From contig CAVZOG010000004.1 in NCBI GenBank assembly GCA_963776865.1, positions 588,642 through 652,641 of the forward strand: 64,000 nucleotides of DNA, read 5' to 3'. Source of the stretch: an uncultured Chloroflexia bacterium. GTDB lineage: Bacteria; Chloroflexota; Limnocylindria; Limnocylindrales; CSP1-4. Shown here piece after piece: positions 40,082 through 50,141 of this stretch (position 1 is the first letter of the stretch; each line of letters starts with the position of its first letter). The notes below the pieces were generated by a model. The model did no database searches, was not told where the DNA came from, and saw only the letters and a list, made by a program, of their open reading frames with translations. A program made the position numbers and the translations under genes.

Positions 40082-43000
40082 TCAGCCAGCCGAATTCGGC
40101 GGTCCGGACGTGCCGGCCTGAGCGGCGGCGGCCATCGCTTCCCGCCCGCGGCGCTCGACGAGCTCGATGAGCGGTGAAGTCGGGCCTTGGCGTTCCACGC
40201 TCCCGTGCGCCCGTGCGAGCCACTCGGCGCCCTCGGCGGTGCGACCGCGGCGGAGCAGGAACTCGGCCATCGCCAGCTCCTCCTCCCACGGGTTGAAGTC
40301 GGTCCTGGTTATCACCTCGATCGCCTCGCGGAGCAGCTTCTCGGCCTCCTCGTAGCTGCCCTGTGCCTCGCGCACCCGCCCTATCACCATGCCCGTCGAC
40401 GCGACCGTGGCAAGGTCGTCCTTGCCCGTCAGCCGCGCCGCTTCCTCGGCGTACTCGGCCGCCGCAGCCACGTCGCCTTTCATCAACAGGAGCTGCGCAA
40501 CACGCCGCTGGACCTCGGGCAGGTAGCCGATGTGTTCACGCACCAGATCGAGGGCGTGGTCGTAGTGGGACATCGCCTCGTCGAGCTGGTCTTTGCGCCG
40601 CGCCAGGTCGCCCAGGAACTGGTAGCAGGCAGATGCCTCCTCGCGATCGCCGAACTCCTCCAGGACCGCACCCGCTGCTGTGAGCTGTTCCGTCGCTTCT
40701 TCGTCTTTCCCATCGTTCAGGAGACCGATGCCATAGACCCGGCTCACACGGGCGCGCGCAAGGCGGCTGGGCCCCTGTGCGGCAAGTTCGCGCGCCTCCT
40801 CGACGAGCTTGACTCGTTCATCCCACTCACCGCGATGGCCGGCAACGCCGGCCAGGCGTGCCATCGCCTCGGCTTCGCGGCTCGACCAGCCAAGCTCGTG
40901 AGCCACGAGCCTCATCTCCGTCCATGCGCTTCGGGCAGCGTCGAGGTCGCCATGCCACCAGCCGCCCCAGCCTCTCAGCTCGAGCGCCGCAACCAGGTCG
41001 TGCTTGTCGTTCGCCTCTGTCAGCAGCGTGATGGCGCGCTCGACCTCCGCCAGGGCCACCTCTGCGTCCGACGATTCGAGCCGCAGCCAGATGTCGCCGG
41101 CCTTGATCAGGATCGCCTGACCCTCGATGTCCTTGCGGCCTGCTGCTCGCGCTTCCTGCTCCACCTCGATGGCGACCTCGCCGGCCAGCCGGTATTCGCT
41201 CAGCCGCCACAGCGCATCGGCCAGCAGCACGCGCAGCTCCAGCCGCGCGTCACCGGGTGGCGGCTCGAGCGCGAGGGCTCGGTCGGCGAATGTGCGTGCG
41301 GCGCGGAAGTCGTCGCGCGCCTGCGCCCGTTTGGCGGACGCTCCGAGCGAGGCCACTGCCCGGTCGCGTTCAGCGGGATCGAAGCTGCCCTCCAGCTCGT
41401 GCCGCAGCCGGACGGCCTGCTCGAGGTGGTAGGCCTCGATCTCGACGTACTCGTCGATGCGGTCGCCGAACCAGGCACGCAGCCAGTCCGCCACGCCGCG
41501 ATGCAGCTCGGCCCGGCGCGCCTTTGGCAGCGTCGCGTAGGCGACGTCGCGAATCAGGATGTGGCGGAAGCGGAAGGTTGGCTCGTCCGGGACGCGCTCG
41601 TCCGTGATCAGGTCGCGCAGGATGGCGTCCTCGAGGTGTTGCTGGAGCGGCACGGCCGTCGTCCCTGGCGCTGATCGCTGCCACGGCCGAGCGCTGGAAG
41701 ACCCGACCGACCACCGATGCCGCCTGGAGCGTCGCTCGCTCAGGGGAGGGCAGCGTGTCCAGCCGGGCGCGGATGAGTGCCTCGACACTGTCCGGGACGC
41801 GCACGTCCGCGGCCTCGGCTCGCGCCACCCACCGGTCGTCGCGCCGCTCGACCATGCCCTCCTCGATCAGCATGCGCACCACTTCCTCGACGAAGAGCGG
41901 GTTGCCCTCGGCCCGATCGAGCACGCGCTGGCGCAAGCTCGGCCGGCAGGTCGTCGACCGCCAGCAGCGAGCCGAGCAGGGAGCGCGACTCCTCCTCGGT
42001 CAGTGGCTCGAGGTGGATGCGGCTCGCTTCCATGCGGCCCGATCCCCACGCCGGACGCGATGTCGAGCAGCTCGGCTCGCGACGAGCAGATGACCAGCAG
42101 CGGTGCGTCGCGCGTCCATGTCACGACGTACTCGATCAGGTCGAGCAGCGGCGGCTCGGCCCAGTGGATGTCCTCGAAAACGAGCAGCAAGCGGGCCCCG
42201 CTCGCCGATCACGTGCTCGACCAAGACGCCGGAATCCCCAGGCGATCTCGCGGTCGGCGCCCTCGACCGCTGCCTGCGAAGCGTCGGCCGCGCCGATGAT
42301 GCGGCGAGAGGCGGTCGGCAACATCGGCATCGGGGCTCACCGCGTCGAGTCGGGCGCGAGACTCCTCGGCCGTCGCCTCGGCGCCGATGCTCGGCGAGCT
42401 CGCGCACCATCTCGGCGATCGGCCAGTAGGTGATCCCGTCGCCGTAGGGCAGGCAACGGCCCTTGACGACCGACCAGCCGTCGACGGCCATCCGAGAGGT
42501 TGCCTCACGGACCAGCCGACTCTTGCCCACGCCGGGCACGCCGAGCACGGTGAACAGGGCCGCTTTGCTGCCACTCTGCGCGCGGCGGGCCGAGTCGAGC
42601 AGCATCTGCAGCTCTTCGCCGCGTCCGGTGAGAGGAGCCTCCAGTCCGGGGACGCCGCGCGGGCGGCCAACCTCGGTCGACGACCGAGGTGATGCGCCAA
42701 CCTTCGATGGCGGCCTCGTGGCCGCGCAGGGCCAGCTCGCCGAGCGGCGTGGCGGCGATCACGTCGCGGACCTGGTCATAGGCCGCGGCACCGACCACCA
42801 CATCGCCCGGTTCGGCCTGCTGCTCGAGCCGCGCGGCGAGGTTCATCGCGTCTCCGGTGGCCATCGTGGCGCCACCGAACGGGTCGCCGACGACGACCTC
42901 GCCCGACTCGATCCCGATGCGCGCCTGAACCATCTAGTCCGTGGCGTTCCAGCGCGGCGCCGGCGAGCGCGGCCAGCCCGTCGCGGATTGCCAGCGCCGC

Positions 43001-43324
43001 GCGGACGGCACGCTCGGGGTCGTCCTCGTGTGCCTGGGGCAGGCCGAACACGGCCATCACCGCGTCGCCGCTGAACTTCTCGACCGTGCCGCCGCGGCGC
43101 TCGATCTCGAGTCGCGCGAGCTCGAAGAAGTCGCCCACGACGCCGCGCACGACCTCGGGATCGAGCCGTTCGCCCATTGACGTGGAGCGCGCCAGGTCGG
43201 CGAAGAGTGCCGTCACGATGCGCCGCTCGTGAACACCGACGCGCGTGACCAGGCTCGCTCCGCAGTTGTTACAGAACCGCGAGCCCTCCGCGTTGGGCGT
43301 GCTACAGCGCGGGCAATCGATCAC
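40082..43324 (-). pseudogene. ~1080-aa signalling protein: zinc ribbon - class III cyclase - AAA/NACHT-like ATPase - TPR, at least 6 frame changes
   Basis: 42776-43324 carries MIDCPRCSTPNAEGSRFCNNCG plus the cyclase FADLARST..FSGDAVMAVF. 42505-42933 carries GDAMNLAARL. 42000-42605 carries Walker A GVPGVGKSRL. 41867-42190 carries LLVFEDIHWAEPPLLDLI. 40082-41788 holds the TPR body. Confidence 0.8.
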
Positions 43325-43398
43325 GGCGCCATCGTATGCCGCACAGCGATGAGTTTCGGTCGGTCATGCCGTCTATTCGGACACAAGGAGGAACGCAA

Positions 43399-43791
43399 AT
43401 GCCGAAGTACATCCTGCTGATGGTGGTCGACGAGCGCGGCTGGGAGAACCTCAAGCCCGAGGAGATGCAGCCGATGATCGACGCGATGGAGCGCTACAAC
43501 CAGTCGGTCCGCGACGGGGGTGCGTGGGTCTCCGGCGAGGGCTACGGCTTCTCGTGGGATGCCAGGACCGTGCGCGTGAAGGATGGCCAGCGGAGCGTCA
43601 CCGACGGGCCGGGGATCGAGTCGCCGGTGCAGGTCGGCGGCCATTGGGTGATCGAGACGGGGTCGCTCGACGAGGCGATCGAGTGGGCCAAGAAGGTGCC
43701 GATGCAGAACGGATCGATCGAGGTGCGGCCGCTGGTGGCGGACGATTCGGGACGGAGATTCGGGTCGGACGACTACGGGTCGGAGGACTAG
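43399..43791 (+). CDS. YCII-related domain protein
   Basis: AAGGAGG precedes ATG 43399. The protein reads MPKYILLMVVDE..VTDGPGIESPVQVGGHWVIETGSLDEAIEWAKKVP..GSIEVRP. Confidence 0.75.
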   Translation: MPKYILLMVVDERGWENLKPEEMQPMIDAMERYNQSVRDGGAWVSGEGYGFSWDARTVRVKDGQRSVTDGPGIESPVQVGGHWVIETGSLDEAIEWAKKVPMQNGSIEVRPLVADDSGRRFGSDDYGSED

Positions 43792-44823
43792 CCGCCAGTC
43801 GCCGACGCTCGGATCCGGCTCGCAACCTCGGTCGCGAGCGTCACCGCCTCGTCGGTGGGAAGCGCGGCGCCGTGTGCGAGCAGCCGCGCCATCTCGGCTG
43901 GGCCGAGCCGGCTGCGGACCACCTCCCGCTGCTCGTCGACCGCCGGGTTCGGGTCGGGAACAAGCCCGGCCGTTGTCGCGATCGCCTCGCCGGCGCCGAG
44001 CAGGATCGCGGCCTCCTCGGTCTGTCCGGCCCGGGCGGCCAGCACGGCCAGCGACGGCAGCGTGTTGGCGATCATGTATTGACTGTTCAGTTCGCTGCCG
44101 ATCGTGAGCGCCTCGTCCAGCAATCGCGCCGCTTCCGGAAGGTCGCCCTCCTCGGCCGCCATGTCGCCCAGATTCGCGAGCTCCGCAGCCACCGATAGCT
44201 TGCTGCCGGTTTTGCGGCGGTAGGCGAGGCTCTCTTCAAATCGCCGTCGGGCGAGGGGCATGTCACCGCCCGTGTGTGCCGCCCAGGCGAGCATGTGCAG
44301 TGCTCCGCGGCGCGCCTGCGGGTCGTCACCTGCCAGATCGAGCGCCTTGTTCGGCGTGTTTCTCGGCGTCCTTGGCGTCCCCGTTGCCACACGCGACGCG
44401 CGCCAGATCGACATGCGCGAGCGCCGCCGTGGGCCGGTCCTCGATCAGCATCGCGGCCCGGATTGCGTCCCGCGCTCGCTTCGCCGACCGTTTCCGATCG
44501 CCCTGGCGGAAGGCAAGCTCGGACGCGGCGAGCAGCGCGCGAGAGATTGCCAGGGCTACTGCGCGGTTGGACGAGGCGACTCGCTGGCCCGCCTCGATGG
44601 CGCGCTCCGTCAGCGCTCGACCCTCGTCGACGCGCCCCGTGTCCTGCCAGAAGCCGGGCAGCGTGCCGACCATCTGAAGGGCCAGTGGCAGATCCACGCC
44701 GATTGCCTCGCTCACGGCGGGCGCGACCTCTTCCTGGCGCGCACGCAGCTCGGCCGCGGCGCGTTCGTCGGTCGCGGACGACTCCGCCAGAGCGAGGATC
44801 TCGCCGCTCCGCAGCTCAACCAT
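43788..44823 (-). pseudogene. TPR-repeat protein, one frame change
   Basis: ATG 44823 overlaps the stop of the methyltransferase gene (ATGGTTGA). TPR-like helices lie in 44326-44862 and 43788-44414. Confidence 0.6.
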
Positions 44824-45520
44824 TGCCGCGCTCGTAGACCGCCGTGTGCCACAGGCCGACACGGGCGAAGCGCAATCTGCGGAAGCCCGCGTCGGCCAGG
44901 CGGCGCTCGATCATCGGGATCGGATGGACGTAACCCGGGCAGGGCCGACCACGAAGTCGGTTGGTCGCGTTCTCGACGGTCACGATTGCGCGAGTGATCC
45001 ACGAGCGCCAGCCGTTCGACAGCGGCACGGCAATCACGAATCGCGTCCGCGCCGCGCCGATGGCATTGGCCAGCAGCCGGTCGACATGTGCGTAGCAACA
45101 GATCACCCGATCGAGCACGACCCAGTCGTGTTGCTCCAGCTCGACCACCGATCCGTCGCCGACCCTGAAAGACGCCCGATCCGCCAGGCCTGCCTCGTCG
45201 GCGCGGCGTTGAGCCGTTCCGACGCTGCCCGGTGAGAGGTCGACTCCCTCGGCCGTGGCCGCTCCCCGCTCAAGCAGCGCGACGGAGAGCGCCCCACTGC
45301 CCGAGCCAAGCTCGAGCACGGTCGGTCGCAGCTCGCCGACGTCGGCCAGCAGCTCGAGCAGACCCTGCGACGTTGCGGCCATCGGCGGCAACGTGCCTGT
45401 TGCCTCGTAATGGCGCATGTCACCGTCGAAGTGGCGCGGGATGCGCGGGTCGCAATCGGCGCTGACGGCGCAGCAGTCGTCGCGCTCCTTGTCGGTCGTC
45501 ATCATCGAAAACGTTAGCAT
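44816..45520 (-). CDS. class I SAM-dependent methyltransferase
   Basis: Motif I is VLELGSGSGALSVALLERGA. The post-I acidic residue is in GVDLS. The start is uncertain (45520, 45505 or 45502), and the ORF extends to 45580. Confidence 0.7.
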   Translation of the reverse strand: MLTFSMMTTDKERDDCCAVSADCDPRIPRHFDGDMRHYEATGTLPPMAATSQGLLELLADVGELRPTVLELGSGSGALSVALLERGAATAEGVDLSPGSVGTAQRRADEAGLADRASFRVGDGSVVELEQHDWVVLDRVICCYAHVDRLLANAIGAARTRFVIAVPLSNGWRSWITRAIVTVENATNRLRGRPCPGYVHPIPMIERRLADAGFRRLRFARVGLWHTAVYERGNG

Positions 45521-45550
45521 CGGCCCAAATTCTTTCTTGAGGGAGAAGAG

Positions 45551-45883
45551 ATGGCCGTCTACGTGAAGAGCCTCGATCACCCGGAGGCATCCGAGGAGTA
45601 CGACGGCGATGGCGATGCCGAGGCGGTCCAGATCGGCAATTCAGTCGTCTGGCGCTCGCGCCTGAAGCCCGGCTGGAGCTGGGCCAAGAATGCCAAGCCA
45701 CGCATGGGCGGCGCGGATTACTGTCCCGCGTCTCACCGCGAATACGTCGTGGCCGGGCGGATCCTGTACCGGCTGGAAGATGGCAGCGAGGTCGAAGGCA
45801 AGGCCGGTGACCACCTGGTCATCGAGCCTGGTCATGCCGGCGAGGTGCTCGGCGACGAGGTCTGCATCCTGATCGACTGGTAG
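45551..45883 (+). CDS. cupin-domain protein
   Basis: GAGGGAGAAGAG precedes ATG 45551. 110 aa. The segment HREYVVAGRILYRLEDGSEVEGKAGDHLVIEPGH fits cupin strands. Confidence 0.65.
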   Translation: MAVYVKSLDHPEASEEYDGDGDAEAVQIGNSVVWRSRLKPGWSWAKNAKPRMGGADYCPASHREYVVAGRILYRLEDGSEVEGKAGDHLVIEPGHAGEVLGDEVCILIDW

Positions 45884-45914
45884 CCAGCTGCGGCTGGTTG
45901 CCGCGTCGTTCGCG

Positions 45915-46875
45915 TCAGAGTGTGCCGCTGAACGTGTCGCACGAGGCCGGGTCGCCTGACCGGTAGCCGGTGCTGAACCACTGTTGGCGCATCTCGGACG
46001 AGCCGTGTGTCCATGAAATCTGGGTTCACGCGGCCGGTAGCCTGCTGTTGGAGTCGGTCGTCGCCCACGGCAGCGGCGGCATCCAGCGCCTGGGCGACCT
46101 GGGATTCGGTGAGTGGCTCGAGATATTCAGTGTCGACCGCGTTGGCCGCCCAGACACCGGCGTAGCAGTCGGCCTGCAGCTCGACTCGAACAGCCGAGCT
46201 CTGTGGTCCCGTCGTGCCGTCCTGTGCGCGCGACAGCGTGCCGGTCAGGTTCTGGATGTGGTGGCCGTACTCGTGCGCAATCACGTACGCCTGGGCGAGC
46301 GGCCCGGCCGACGCCCCGTACTGCAATTCGAGAACATCAAAGAAGCCAAGGTCGATGTAAACGAACTGGTCGGCAGGGCAGTAGAACGGCCCGGTCTGCG
46401 AGCTTGCCCCGCCGCAGCCGGTCTCGACGAAGTCGGTGAAAAGAGTCGTCTGCGACTGCTGGTAGGTCTGGCCGGTCGACGCGAACTCATCCTGCCAGTA
46501 GGCCTGGATGCTGTTGACGAAGCCGACGATGCGGCAGTCCATTCGCTCGTTGGCGTCCTCGCCGGTCACGCACTCCGTCTGCAGCGTGCTGCTGCCGGGT
46601 CCGACCGCCTGGTCGCCGCCTGGCCCAACGCCCGACTGGGTGCCCCCGAGGCCGCCGTTGAGCACGACCATCAGGACGATGATGATGACAACCACGACTA
46701 TTGCGCCGATGCCGCCGCCGACGGGGATCGGAATTCCGCCCCCACCGCCTGAGCTGCCACCACCACCCGGCAGGCCGAGGCCACCAGGCAAACCGAGGCC
46801 CCGACCGCTACTGCCCATCCCCCTGAGATCGCGCACCTGACCCGGATCGAGCCGGGCACCACGTTTGAAAGTCAT
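45915..46875 (-). pseudogene. ypfJ: YpfJ-family neutral zinc metallopeptidase, one frameshift near the 3' end
   Basis: A Gly-rich N-terminus and TM helix are followed by GPFYCPADQFVYID and HEYGHHIQ. Removing one A at 46016-46018 restores [32 protein letters not shown], which ends at TGA 45915-45917. Confidence 0.8.
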
Positions 46876-46980
46876 GCCCGGGACGTTAGGTGGGGCCGGC
46901 CTCCCGAGTCACTGCCCGCGGACCCGTCCAACATTGCAGTGTCATCAGCGTTCGGATTTGCAACTTGAACGCAAGCAGGC

Positions 46981-47376
46981 CTATTTGGCGATTTCCCAGA
47001 TGTAGCCCGCCGGGTCACGGAAGCTCGCCGTGCGGATGCCCCACGGTCGGTCCATCGGGCCGTTGAGCAGCTCGACGCCGCGCTTCACGAGCTCCGCACA
47101 CGCCGCGTCGACGTCGTCGACCGGAATCGTGAACTGGAACTGCGACCCTGAATTGGGCGCGGCGACCGTGGCCGGCGCGATCAGCTCCGGAGCAGATGAA
47201 ACGGCCAGCAGGTTGATCAGCGTGTCGCCGAACTTGAAGACTGCCGAGTCGGCCGTCTGGAAATGCACCGGCAGGCCAAAGACGTCGATGTAGAACTGCC
47301 TGGTCGCCGGCAGGTCCTCGACGAAAAGCGTGATCGCGTCGATGCCGCTCGGCCAGTCGGAAGGCAGTCCACTCAT
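46981..47376 (-). CDS. VOC (glyoxalase/bleomycin-resistance) family protein
   Basis: 131 aa. The protein reads IDAITLFVEDLPATRQFYIDVFG..RTASFRDPAGYIWEI. Confidence 0.8.
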   Translation of the reverse strand: MSGLPSDWPSGIDAITLFVEDLPATRQFYIDVFGLPVHFQTADSAVFKFGDTLINLLAVSSAPELIAPATVAAPNSGSQFQFTIPVDDVDAACAELVKRGVELLNGPMDRPWGIRTASFRDPAGYIWEIAK

Positions 47377-47385
47377 TGCGAGCAG

Positions 47386-48621
47386 CTAGGCGAGCGCGCC
47401 GACCGGTTGGCCGATTGCCGCGGAGCCCGCGCCGAGGCTCGCCCCGAGCAGCAGCGGACGGCCGAGGCGGTTGTGATACTGCGGCCGGAAGCGGTCGATG
47501 TCGTACATCGTCTCGACATCGACCTTGCGCGAGTTGCCGGGTTCGGGGATCGGCACGTGGGCGTACTTGCCGTCCTGGATGGCGATCATCCGCCCGGTGA
47601 TGCCGCCGTCGCGAATGAGGTCGACGGCGATGTTGGCGAAGGTGATCGCGACCATCTGGTCGAGCGAGTCGGCCTCGCCCGAGCGGAGGTCGTACGTCAG
47701 CTCGGAGTTGACTGCCTCTTCACCAGATCGTGCCTTGATCTCCTGCGCGAGGGCCGATCCGATGTCCTGCTTGTGGCGGTGGCCGTAGGCATCTGCCTCG
47801 CCGATCTCGGCCAGCGCTCCGCCGCTCCAGATCGCGCCCTCTGACGAGATCACGAACGAGTAACGCGACGGATTGAGGCGCTTGTCCTCGACGAGCACGT
47901 CGACCAGCCGATCGAGGTCGAATGGCGCTTCCGGAATGACGCAGCGTGCCGACGTCACGTACGAGGTGTACAGCGCGGTGAAGCCGCAGTCGCGGCCAAA
48001 GATGCGGAACACGCCGATGCGCTCGTGCGAGCCGAGCGTCGTGCGCTGACGGGTGATGAGCTCCTTGGCCCGAGTGACGGCCGATGAGAAACCGATGCAG
48101 TACTCGGTTCCCTCGACGTCGTTGTCCATCGTCTTGGGGATGGCGATGAGCGGCACGCCGTGGCGGTCGAGCACCTTCGAGTAGGACAGTGTGTCGTCGC
48201 CGCCGATGGTGACCAGGTAGTCGAGGCCGAGATACTCGATGTTGTCGAGCACGATCGGCGTCAGGTCGTACAGGCCGTCGGCGGTCTCATAGCGCGCCGC
48301 ATCGTCGGCGACGTGTGCCGGCAGCCGGCTGGCCTTGGTCTTGGTCGGGTTGGTGCGCGAGGTGTGGAGCACTGTGCCGCCGGTTCGGTCGATCGCGCGC
48401 GTGTTCACCCGATCCAGGGGTCGGATGTAGTCGGCGTCCAGTCGGCCGCCCGCGCTGAGCGCCTTCGCGCGGCGCATGTGGGTCAGACCTTCCCAGCCGC
48501 GGCGAATGCCGATCACCTCGCAGCCCAGCTCGGTCGCGTTGTAGACGACGCTCTTGATGACCGAGTTCAGGCCGGGGACGTCGCCACCGCCGGTGAGGAT
48601 GCCGATTCGTCGTGCTCGCAC
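47386..48621 (-). CDS. pfkA: 6-phosphofructokinase, PfkA family (sequence signature of PPi-dependent type)
   Basis: Intact 411-aa ORF. Motifs seen are RIGILTGGGDVPGLN, TIGGDDT and IPKTMDND. Confidence 0.85.
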   Translation of the reverse strand: MRARRIGILTGGGDVPGLNSVIKSVVYNATELGCEVIGIRRGWEGLTHMRRAKALSAGGRLDADYIRPLDRVNTRAIDRTGGTVLHTSRTNPTKTKASRLPAHVADDAARYETADGLYDLTPIVLDNIEYLGLDYLVTIGGDDTLSYSKVLDRHGVPLIAIPKTMDNDVEGTEYCIGFSSAVTRAKELITRQRTTLGSHERIGVFRIFGRDCGFTALYTSYVTSARCVIPEAPFDLDRLVDVLVEDKRLNPSRYSFVISSEGAIWSGGALAEIGEADAYGHRHKQDIGSALAQEIKARSGEEAVNSELTYDLRSGEADSLDQMVAITFANIAVDLIRDGGITGRMIAIQDGKYAHVPIPEPGNSRKVDVETMYDIDRFRPQYHNRLGRPLLLGASLGAGSAAIGQPVGALA

Positions 48622-48644
48622 GTTCAGATTTCCCTTGAGATGGC

Positions 48645-49559
48645 TCAGAGCCCGCTATAGGTATGAAGGCCGCTGAAGATCAGGTTGCCGCCGAGGAAGG
48701 TGAACATCACCGCCGCGAAGCCGATGACCAGGATCAGCGCGGCGGGTCTGCCTGCCCAGCCGCGCTGGCTGCGCGCGTGGAGGTAGACAGCGTAGATCAG
48801 CCACGTTACGAGGGCCGATGTTTCCTTTGGATCCCAGCCCCAGTAGCGGCCCCACGCGATCGACGCCCACCACGAGCCGAGGATGATCAACGTCGCGAAG
48901 ATGGGGAAGCCGATGATCACCGCCCGATACGCGACCTCGTCGAGCACCTTCGCCGGCGGCAGCCACGAGACGCGGTTCTCCTTGCCCTGGATGAGGTAGC
49001 CCACGGCCGCGGCGAAGCTGACCGCCAGCACCCCGTAGCTGATCACCGCCATGGCGACGTGGATCGTCAGCAGCGGCGGATTGTCGAGCGCGGGAACGAG
49101 CGGGCTGATCGCCTGCGGCAGGGTGAACGCGTAGGCGGTCAGGAAGAAGGCGACGCCGATGGGCAGGAACGCGACCGACTTGAGCGGGTAGCGCCGGCCG
49201 AGATAGAGGTACGAGGCGATGATGCCGAAGGCGAACGCGACGCTGAACTCGTACAGGTTGCCCCACGGGCCGCGGCCGACCAGAAAGGCACGCACCAGCA
49301 GGCCGACGGCGATGAACACCACCGCGGCCCAGGTGAACGCCTGGCCGATCGAGCCGGCCGTGGTGTTGACGTTGCCGTTGCTCGGCGCGTTGCCGGTCAC
49401 GGTGACCGTGGTCGAGCCGCCTCCGGCTCCGGCCGCCACCGCGGTCATCGTCGCGCGGCGACCCATCGCCAGCAGCGTCGTGTGGATGACGAACAACAGG
49501 AAAGCGATCGCCAGGGTGACGGTTCCGATATCGATCGCGTAGTAGGACAGCTTTGCCAA
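48645..49559 (-). CDS. ccsA: cytochrome c biogenesis protein CcsA/ResC
   Basis: The Trp-rich haem-handling motif WGRYWGWDPKETSALVTWL and several TM helices are present. TTG 49559 avoids overlap with the upstream gene, whereas the ORF extends to 49640. Confidence 0.85.
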   Translation of the reverse strand: MAKLSYYAIDIGTVTLAIAFLLFVIHTTLLAMGRRATMTAVAAGAGGGSTTVTVTGNAPSNGNVNTTAGSIGQAFTWAAVVFIAVGLLVRAFLVGRGPWGNLYEFSVAFAFGIIASYLYLGRRYPLKSVAFLPIGVAFFLTAYAFTLPQAISPLVPALDNPPLLTIHVAMAVISYGVLAVSFAAAVGYLIQGKENRVSWLPPAKVLDEVAYRAVIIGFPIFATLIILGSWWASIAWGRYWGWDPKETSALVTWLIYAVYLHARSQRGWAGRPAALILVIGFAAVMFTFLGGNLIFSGLHTYSGL

Positions 49560-49578
49560 GTTCAGTCTTCCAGCTAGC

Positions 49579-50064
49579 TCAGGCGACCGCGGCTCCACCG
49601 GCGGGTGGCGTGCCGCGACCGGCGACGACGACAGGAGCAAGCGACGCGCCGAGCTGGTAGCGGGTTCCGCACGTGCGGCACAGCTGCTGGCCGGCCACGC
49701 GGACCGAGTCGTCGACCGGGCAGCGCACCTCGAGATCCTCGCGGTCGATCTCGCACTGCTGCACGGTCGGCGGGTAGATCAGGTGATGACTCGCGCAGTA
49801 GGGAACGTTGGGCGGGTAGAGGTACGTGCCGTCGGGCTGCGGCTCGACGACGGTCGGCTCGGGCTCGGCGATGCGCACCTTGCCGGGCCGGTTGGTGGCC
49901 CAGACATAGATCCAGTACAGGGCGAGCAGTGAAAATGCCGGTCCGACCACGCCGACGATCAGCAGGATCGGCATCAGCTGGATGAGGCCATTCCAGTCGG
50001 GGATCAGGATCGTCGACAGCCAATCGAGGAACGCGGTCCACGGATCGACAGGCTCTTCTGGCAC
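49579..50064 (-). CDS. membrane protein with C-terminal Cys-rich (zinc-ribbon-like) domain
   Basis: This is the C-terminal part of ORF 49579-50310. The TM helices are LMPILLIVGVVGPAFSLLALYWIYVW, followed by CASHH..C..C..CRTC. The GTG 50064 start is a guess. Confidence 0.4.
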   Translation of the reverse strand: MPEEPVDPWTAFLDWLSTILIPDWNGLIQLMPILLIVGVVGPAFSLLALYWIYVWATNRPGKVRIAEPEPTVVEPQPDGTYLYPPNVPYCASHHLIYPPTVQQCEIDREDLEVRCPVDDSVRVAGQQLCRTCGTRYQLGASLAPVVVAGRGTPPAGGAAVA

Positions 50065-50141
50065 GGTCGAATGATAGATCGGTCCGGTGAGTAGGCGTCG
50101 GTGCAACCGGATTGCAACCGGCAATCCAGACACTCCGGGAG

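Noticed and set aside
40187-41674. 495-aa plus-strand ORF
   Set aside because: It is antisense to the TPR body of the cyclase-ATPase-TPR gene. It has no motifs.
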